Shown: positions 58,381 through 64,000 of the stretch, one piece after another | How positions within the stretch are numbered: the first letter of the stretch is position 1 | Layout of the letters: the number at the start of each line of letters is the position of its first letter | Assembly: GCA_019239775.1 (NCBI GenBank) | Contig: JAFAZN010000199.1 | Location: forward strand, 26,690-90,689 | Direction: 5' to 3' | Origin: Chloroflexota bacterium | GTDB taxonomy: Bacteria; Chloroflexota; UBA6077; CF-72 | Length of the DNA stretch: 64,000 nucleotides | The notes under the pieces: generated by a model | What the model saw: only the letters and a program-made list of their open reading frames with translations | The model's database searches: none | What the model was told of the DNA's origin: nothing | Translations under genes and position numbers: made by a program

Positions 58381-59022
58381 ATGGCCTCGGGGCAGGTTGG
58401 CACCGAAGGCGGAGTGCGCCCTCGGCGGCGGCGCTTGGACGCGGCTGCCCGGCGTGCGAGCATCCTCGAGGCTGCCATTCCCGTGTTTGCCACGGTCGGC
58501 TACGAGCAGACGCGCATGTCTGATGTCGCCGCGCGAATCGGCGTGACGGAGCCGGTCATCTTTCAGAACTTCGGCACGAAAGCTGAGCTGTTTGCGGCGG
58601 CTCTCGACCGGGTTTCGGAGCAAGCTGCTGCGCATCTGACCGAGTTGGCGGTCAAACACGAGACCGTCGACGTCTGGCTGCGACACCTCCTGGACGCCGA
58701 CCACCTGGACCATTTGCACACTGCGCCAATGTTTGGCGTTCTGTTCGAAGACGCGCACAGACTCCAGTTCGAAGCGGCAGTCGCCGCCGCATTCCACCGC
58801 AACACCGCCCGCGTAGCCGAAGGTCTCGCGTCTATTTTGAAGCGTGGTCAGGCCGAAGGTGCCATTCGCAACGATGTGTCAGCCTTGAGCCTGGCGTGGC
58901 TGGTTGTATCGTTGATCCAGGCGCGTCAGTTCAGACGCCGATTCTCTCCCGAGTCCTCCTCCTCGCTGGAGCGTGAACTGCTGGATCGTATTGTGGACAC
59001 GCTCCGCCGCCCGCAGGCCTGA
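58381..59022 (+). CDS. TetR-family transcriptional regulator
   Basis: N-terminal HTH ILEAAIPVFATVGYEQTRMSDVAARIGVTEPVIFQNFGTKAELF. Confidence 0.9.
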   Translation: MASGQVGTEGGVRPRRRRLDAAARRASILEAAIPVFATVGYEQTRMSDVAARIGVTEPVIFQNFGTKAELFAAALDRVSEQAAAHLTELAVKHETVDVWLRHLLDADHLDHLHTAPMFGVLFEDAHRLQFEAAVAAAFHRNTARVAEGLASILKRGQAEGAIRNDVSALSLAWLVVSLIQARQFRRRFSPESSSSLERELLDRIVDTLRRPQA

Positions 59023-59176
59023 CTAGTGGCGATGTTCGCTCTCATGCATGTCACTTGCAGCAGCGCCGGCTACGTGAACTGTTAACACACCGATCTGGTC
59101 GGCTGGCTCCTGGTGGAACGTTAGCATGGCGCCGCGCAGTTAGTGGCGCATCAATTCGTGAGGAGCAAGCAATCGC

Positions 59177-60691
59177 ATGAACAGAATGGTGCCAAGAGTC
59201 GCAGTAGGCCTTGGACTGGCGATGATCACAACCAGTCTCGCGATTACGCAAGGCGCGGCAATGACACCGAGTTTTGCAGACAACGACTCCGTCAGGTGGA
59301 CTCGCGTTGAAGCGCCAACCGAAACGTACATTGCTGGCGGGCCGTGGACCCTCGAGCAATCCGGCGCCGCCGTTGGCCTGAAGTCCGCCGGCTACTGCGA
59401 CGCCAGTGGACACCAGGTCGGTAACCCGGCCAGCGAGCGCATGGAACCGTACTACTTCCCATTCATTACGGGCCACGGTGACCACCTGCAGGGCTATTTC
59501 GACTATCGACCGAAAGACATCGACGAGGCTGTCGTTGCCGCTTCCTCGACCGACGGAGGCCGCACCTGGACCTTTCAGCAGGAAGCGCTTCAATTGCGAA
59601 CCACCTGTCCGAAACAACTCCAGAAGGATCCCGACGGCGACAAAGACAACCCGAACGACGGAAACAACGACGACAACGGCGACGACGATGGTCAGGGCCA
59701 CCAGTTCGTATTGTCGATCGGCGGGCATACGTACCTGTACACACTCGAACGCGCGAACAATCATATCGACGTTGACGACCTGTACATTCACGAGCTCAAG
59801 CCCACGTCCGGGCAGCCGCTGGCTGGTGCTCCGGAGATGAATGATGGCCCGACCGATGCGACCTCGTCGCAGCCCGAGCTCGCCAGCCACACGTTCGGAC
59901 TCATGAATCCGGACGGCATCCTGGGCGTTGTGCCGGGCGATTCGCGCGGTGCAGTCAAGATCATCTACGAACAGAAGATTGTCAACGGCGACAACACCGG
60001 CCCGACGGCGCTCCCTGCCGTCCAACAATGCAACACGACATGGGCGCCGTATTACGCCAGCAATCCGTTCGGCACCGGCACCAATGACGACATCACCTAT
60101 CTGCGTTTGGCCCAAACAACCGACGGCATCCACTTCACGGACCTGGGCCCACTGCAAGGCTTGAACGATCCAACCGATGTCACGGCGACAGGCACGCGTT
60201 GGCTCGCCACCGCTGGCACCATCCTGAAGCTCGGTGGCGACAGATACGGGCTCTTGTTTTCGGGAGGCGGCTGCATTGACGGAGATTCGGATGCATTCCG
60301 CTATATCGGCTATGCCGAGTCGACCGACCTCGTCCATTGGACGGTCGTCAACGGACTCAACAATCCCATCATGATCGCCAGCGCATACACCATCAATGTG
60401 GATTCGAAAGGCCTGCCCGTTTTCGGCGGCGGTGGCACACCCGTGAGCGTGCCCGCGCAACCGGCGGTGGGCGGCATTACCAGCGGCTTCTTCGCCGGGC
60501 GTGTCTACGCTCCCAGCGCTACACTGGCCGGAGATAACGTGCTGAACGTGTTCTTCGCCGGCTACCACACCCCCAAGCCCAAGAACGGACTCGGAGACTA
60601 CCGCACCATCGGCCGAGTGAGCCTGCACGCAAACCGGCACATTGAAGGCGTGAGTACCGATGTGAGGAACGAAAGCGGGGACGATCGTTAG
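59177..60691 (+). CDS. Secreted beta-propeller protein with Asp-box (BNR)-like repeats; glycoside-hydrolase-like
   Basis: GAGGAG RBS and a signal peptide. SSTDGGRTWTF, AQTTDGIHFTDLG, AESTDLVHWTVV. Asp/Asn-rich insert DPDGDKDNPNDGNNDDNGDDDGQG. The 622-aa antisense ORF is rejected. Confidence 0.55.
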   Translation: MNRMVPRVAVGLGLAMITTSLAITQGAAMTPSFADNDSVRWTRVEAPTETYIAGGPWTLEQSGAAVGLKSAGYCDASGHQVGNPASERMEPYYFPFITGHGDHLQGYFDYRPKDIDEAVVAASSTDGGRTWTFQQEALQLRTTCPKQLQKDPDGDKDNPNDGNNDDNGDDDGQGHQFVLSIGGHTYLYTLERANNHIDVDDLYIHELKPTSGQPLAGAPEMNDGPTDATSSQPELASHTFGLMNPDGILGVVPGDSRGAVKIIYEQKIVNGDNTGPTALPAVQQCNTTWAPYYASNPFGTGTNDDITYLRLAQTTDGIHFTDLGPLQGLNDPTDVTATGTRWLATAGTILKLGGDRYGLLFSGGGCIDGDSDAFRYIGYAESTDLVHWTVVNGLNNPIMIASAYTINVDSKGLPVFGGGGTPVSVPAQPAVGGITSGFFAGRVYAPSATLAGDNVLNVFFAGYHTPKPKNGLGDYRTIGRVSLHANRHIEGVSTDVRNESGDDR

Positions 60692-60779
60692 CGGCAAGCC
60701 AGGTCGTTCGACAGGCCGTCGGCATGCGCCTGAGCTCAACGAGGTTGTTGAGCTCATTCTCCCACTCGACGAGCGAGCT

Positions 60780-61874
60780 ATGGCCGCGGCCCGCCAGCGG
60801 CAGGACCTCCTCACCAAACCGCCGGGGAGTCTGGGACGCCTCGAGAGACTGGCGACCCAACTCGCCGGGATCACAGGTGAGAGCCTGCCGCGCTTACCGC
60901 GCAAGGCAGTCGTGGTCATGGCCGCCGACCATGGCGTGTCGCGTGAGGGCGTCTCCGCCTATCCGCAGGAGGTTACCGCTCAGATGGTGCGGAACTTCGC
61001 AAGCGGCGGAGCGGCCATCAATGTGCTTGCGCGTAATGCGGGTGCGCGCGTTGTCGTCGTCGACGTCGGCATCGCCACGGAACTTCCCTCGACACTTCGC
61101 ATCATTCACCGCAAGATCGCCTTCGGTACCGCCAATTTGGCAGACGGCCCTGCAATGACACGTGAACAGGCACTGGCGGCAATCGGTGTTGGATTCGAAG
61201 TGGTGGCGCGGGAGGCCAAGCGCGGACTCGACGTGGTGTGTCTCGGCGAAATGGGCATCGGCAACACCACGTCCGCTTCGGCAGTGGTGGCCATCGCCAC
61301 GGGGTTGCCGGTGGCCGATGTCACCGGCCGCGGCACCGGAATTGACGACTCGACATGGCGACGCAAAGTTGCTGTCATCGAGCGGGCGCTGCGGATCAAT
61401 CAACCTGATGCCGCGGATCCGCTCGACGTGCTTGCGAAGGTTGGCGGGTTGGAAACCGCCGCGCTCGTCGGTGTTACGTTGGCAGCCGCGTCGCGACGTA
61501 TCGCGGTGGTGGTGGACGGATTCATTGCCACATCCGCGGTCCTGCTGGCGGCGCAATTGTGCCCGCGGGTGCGGGGATATCTGATTGCAGCGCATCGATC
61601 GGTGGAGGTTGGTCATCGGGCGGCACTGGAGTCGCTCGAACTGGAGCCACTGGTCGCGCTTGATTTGCGCCTCGGAGAGGGCTCCGGTGCAGCCCTCGTC
61701 CTGCCAATGCTGGACGCGGCGGTGGCCTTACTTGGCGAGATGGCTACGTTCGAGGAGGCCGGGGTTGCTGGAGCTCACGATGCGAAGGCAGGTGCAGAGC
61801 CAGAAGTTCGGCCGACAAGCCGGTCCGCAGCACGAGTCGCAGTCGGCCTAACTTCTGTGACAGACTGCTCCTAG
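60780..61874 (+). CDS. cobT: Nicotinate-nucleotide--dimethylbenzimidazole phosphoribosyltransferase
   Basis: LTKPPGSLGRLERLATQLAGI, VVVMAADHGV, YPQEVTAQMVRNFASGGAAINVLA, GEMGIGNTTSASAV, VDGFIATSAVLLA. Confidence 0.9.
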   Translation: MAAARQRQDLLTKPPGSLGRLERLATQLAGITGESLPRLPRKAVVVMAADHGVSREGVSAYPQEVTAQMVRNFASGGAAINVLARNAGARVVVVDVGIATELPSTLRIIHRKIAFGTANLADGPAMTREQALAAIGVGFEVVAREAKRGLDVVCLGEMGIGNTTSASAVVAIATGLPVADVTGRGTGIDDSTWRRKVAVIERALRINQPDAADPLDVLAKVGGLETAALVGVTLAAASRRIAVVVDGFIATSAVLLAAQLCPRVRGYLIAAHRSVEVGHRAALESLELEPLVALDLRLGEGSGAALVLPMLDAAVALLGEMATFEEAGVAGAHDAKAGAEPEVRPTSRSAARVAVGLTSVTDCS

Positions 61875-61932
61875 GAACGCGGCAGGCCATTCACAACCTT
61901 TCGAGCGGCTTTTCGGCCGCGTTCCTAGGAGC
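61867..61932 (+). other. Perfect 17-bp inverted repeat (GCTCCTAGGAACGCGGC ... GCCGCGTTCCTAGGAGC) with a 32-nt loop; the 5' arm contains the cobT stop codon
   Basis: Read directly: arms at 61867-61883 and 61916-61932. No U-tract follows. A short alternative hairpin, GCGGC (61905-61909) with GCCGC (61916-61920), competes for the 3' arm. Confidence 0.5.
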
Positions 61933-61986
61933 GCTGTTGATGCTCTCGGCTCGTGCCGCGGCATGATCAATGCAGTTGCGCGTTGA

Positions 61987-62511
61987 GTGGGGTCGGCCGC
62001 CAAATACGTGCTCGTCGTCGAGGATGATGACTTGATCAGAGACCTCCTCGAACTGGCACTGACGGAGGCCGACTACAGCGTGGCGACTGCCAGCGGCGGC
62101 GTCCAGGCGCTGGAGTCGATGCGCACGCGTTTGCCTGACCTGCTGCTGCTGGACCTGATGATGCCCGACATGAACGGCTGGGAGCTGCTGCGCCACATGG
62201 CGATGTCGCGGGACCTGGCCGCAATTCCAGTCCTGGTCGTTTCGGCGGCTGGCGCCAACGCCCTGCGGCAAGCGCAAGACCTGGGTGCGCCCGTGTTCCT
62301 GCCCAAGCCCTTCAACATCGAGGATCTGCTGCTGGCAGTCGAGCAACTGACGACCGCACCGACCCGACAGTGCGCCTGGTGCGGCCAGGTGGCGACGGCC
62401 AGTGGCGATTTCGCGTTGCACTCAGGTCGAACGCTGGCATGGGCCACGCATGGAGTGTGTCCCGACTGCAAACGGCGGGAAATAGACCGCATCCTTCGGG
62501 AGACGCACTAG
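61987..62511 (+). CDS. Response-regulator receiver fused to a C-terminal CxxC...HGxCPxC zinc-ribbon-like tail
   Basis: VLVVEDDDLIRDLL, LLLLDLMMPDMNG, FLPKPF, then CAWCGQV...WATHGVCPDCKRRE (nt 62371-62469). Confidence 0.8.
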   Translation: MGSAAKYVLVVEDDDLIRDLLELALTEADYSVATASGGVQALESMRTRLPDLLLLDLMMPDMNGWELLRHMAMSRDLAAIPVLVVSAAGANALRQAQDLGAPVFLPKPFNIEDLLLAVEQLTTAPTRQCAWCGQVATASGDFALHSGRTLAWATHGVCPDCKRREIDRILRETH

Positions 62512-62530
62512 GTCAAGGGCAAAGCTTCAG

Positions 62531-64000
62531 TTGTCAATCCCAAAATCAAACATCAGCGCTGCGCTGTTCGAGCTAGTTGCGAGGTGGTTCCGATGGCCCA
62601 CTGGCCCACTGCTGAACGGCAGCGGCTTCGAGTCGACCCGTTACCTGACCAAGTGGCTGTTGCTTGGAACCGCAATTGGCCTAGTCGCCGGACTCGGCGC
62701 GATCGTGTTTTTCGTCGCGATCGACCAGGCGACACACTTCTTTCTGGGCGTCCTCGTTGGCTATCTGCCTCCCAGCCCGGTTGGCGAGGGTCAGCCAGTC
62801 ATCCGAGAGATCGAACGGCCATGGCTCTTGCCCGTCGTCGTTGGCCTCGGTGGTTTGTTGTCCGGACTGATCGTCTTCACATGGGCGCCGGAGGCCGAAG
62901 GACATGGGGCGGATGCCGCCATCGCGGCGATCCATCACCATCAAGGCCGTGTGCGGGCGCGTATTCCTCCAATCAAACTCATCGCATCGGCAATCACCAT
63001 TGGCTCCGGCGGCTCCGGAGGACGTGAAGGGTGGGTGCAGAGATTTTGTACCTGCACGACCTGGAGGTCGAAGCCATTATCCCCGCGCTCATTGCCTCGA
63101 TCGTGGGGTACACCGTCTACGGCGCATACTTTGGATTCGCTCCGATTTTCGGCGCACAGCCGGAGCTCGCACTCGATGCGCCGATCCAGCTCGCGTATTA
63201 CGGACTGCTAGGCGTGTGTGCCGGACTGGTTGGACTCCTGTACGCCCGGACGTTCTACGGCGTCACCGCGGTCTTTCACCGCCTGCGCCTGCCACTCTGG
63301 CTGAAACCAACGCTCGGCGGTGTGCTGGTCGGAGGCATGGCGCTGATCATTCCAGGTGCGCTGCACATGGGCTACGGCTGGGTCCAAATTGGCATGGGGC
63401 CGGATCTGCTCAACCTGCCACTGTGGATGGTAGTGCTACTGCCATTCGCGAAAATACTCAGCACGTCATTGTCCATTGGGTCCGGCGGATCGGGCGGGAT
63501 CTTCGGACCAGGCATGGTGATCGGAGGCATGCTTGGCGCCACGTTCTGGCGCTTGTTTCATGACGTTCTGCCCGGAATGCCGCACAGTCTGGCAGCTTTT
63601 GTGATTGTTGGAATGATGGCGCTGTTCGGCGGCATCGCGCACGCGCCGCTCGCGGTGATGTTGATGGTTGCTGAAATGACCGGCAATCTTTCGATGCTGG
63701 CACCGGCGATGGTTGCGGTGGGCATTTCGACGGCTCTGGTGGGTGACAACACCATCTACCGCAATCAACTGCCGAACCGGGTGAGCTCGCCTGCACATCG
63801 CTCGCGGTTCAGCTTCCCATTACTCTCGTCACTCATCGTTCGAGACGCGATGCTGCCGCCGCGCGTCCCGCTCCGACTCCAGGCAACCGTTCAGCAAGCG
63901 CTGTCACTGTTGGCTGAACAGGGTGCGTTGGTGCTGGCGGTGGTCGACGACCAGAATCTCTTCACTGGCATTCTGACCCGCGCTCGGCTAGAGACGATTG
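62531..64000 (+). pseudogene. ClC-family chloride channel/antiporter with CBS domain, interrupted by an out-of-frame internal deletion near 63025-63040; 3' end beyond the window
   Basis: Frame A reads ...EAEGHGADAAI...ITIGSGGSGGREG, then junk to a stop at 63211. A different frame is open from 63028 to nt 64000: (V)GAEILYLHDLEVEAIIPAL...SIGSGGSGGIFGPGMVIGG...GGIAHAPLAVMLMVAEMTG...CBS-like tail. The canonical block between GREGP and the EIL motif is absent. Confidence 0.7.

Noticed and set aside
60692-60779. Looked for a cobalamin riboswitch upstream of cobT
   Set aside because: The spacer is only 88 nt and I could not find a B12-box-like element or the expected multi-stem architecture. No call made.
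59051-60919. 622-aa minus-strand ORF, the longest unassigned ORF in the track
   Set aside because: It lies fully antisense to the well-supported secreted propeller gene (59177..60691, with RBS, signal peptide and Asp-boxes) and to the cobT start. Its translation is R/A/G/V-rich with no motifs, as expected for the shadow frame of a high-GC gene.
1-64000. Window-wide scan for CRISPR arrays, tRNA/rRNA genes, IS elements, integrases, phage genes, dockerin/cohesin modules and an AA10 LPMO gene
   Set aside because: None recognised:
- no spaced direct-repeat arrays;
- no GTTCRANYC T-loop-type tRNA signature in the gaps;
- no transposase or integrase motifs.
The absence of an LPMO gene in the window weakens, but does not exclude, the idea that the PQQ-dehydrogenase/cupredoxin protein serves oxidative cellulose cleavage.

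Overview
High-GC bacterial chromosomal segment, gene-dense, with about 58 protein-coding genes and many 4-nt start/stop overlaps. I recognised no rRNA, tRNA, CRISPR array, transposase or integrase. Lipobox signal peptides, GGAGG ribosome-binding sites, SARP and STAND-LuxR regulators, Ppm1/PMT-like glycosylation genes and Acidothermus-E1-like cellulases suggest a monoderm, cellulolytic, Chloroflexota- or Actinomycetota-like organism. Taxonomy cannot be settled from the sequence alone.

Content, left to right:
- 1-1499: FtsH-like AAA+ gene with a dead protease motif.
- 1.7-22.5 kb: dense signalling block. It holds five GAF histidine kinases plus one sensor-less kinase core, two KdpE-like, one NarL-like and two stand-alone receiver proteins. 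It also holds three paralogous P-loop/TPR/LuxR regulators, one preceded by a separate SARP gene, plus polyprenol-P-sugar synthase, GtrA and a GH5 endoglucanase.
- 22.5-33.8 kb: two secreted YVTN-propeller/PQQ-sugar-dehydrogenase proteins. One is degenerate. The other is intact, carries a C-terminal type-1-copper cupredoxin, and is the last gene of a tightly coupled operon with a LysM-anchored Ig-repeat protein and a five-fold helical-repeat lipoprotein.
- 34.0-41.6 kb: processive GT2 synthase, GT-C membrane protein, a clan-A hydrolase and two E1-like GH5 enzymes (one with CBM3).
- 41.5-52.9 kb: one long same-strand array. It runs CUT1 sugar ABC importer, GH9 endoglucanase, then a five-gene operon of Ig-repeat lipoproteins headed by a membrane-tethered protein with a possible divergent FtsZ/tubulin layout.
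- 53-64 kb: housekeeping and mixed genes (two kinases, DUF2721, ParB-like, CMD, TetR, Asp-box propeller, cobT, receiver with zinc ribbon). Two genes here carry out-of-frame internal deletions: a SAM methyltransferase and a ClC channel.

Best candidates for something new: the wall-anchored PQQ-dehydrogenase/cupredoxin surface operon sitting among cellulases, the roughly 100-aa Ig-like module family (15 copies in 4 proteins), the FtsZ-like membrane protein operon, and the synthase-plus-hydrolase operon. All functional calls rest on motif reading by eye. No database search could be run.
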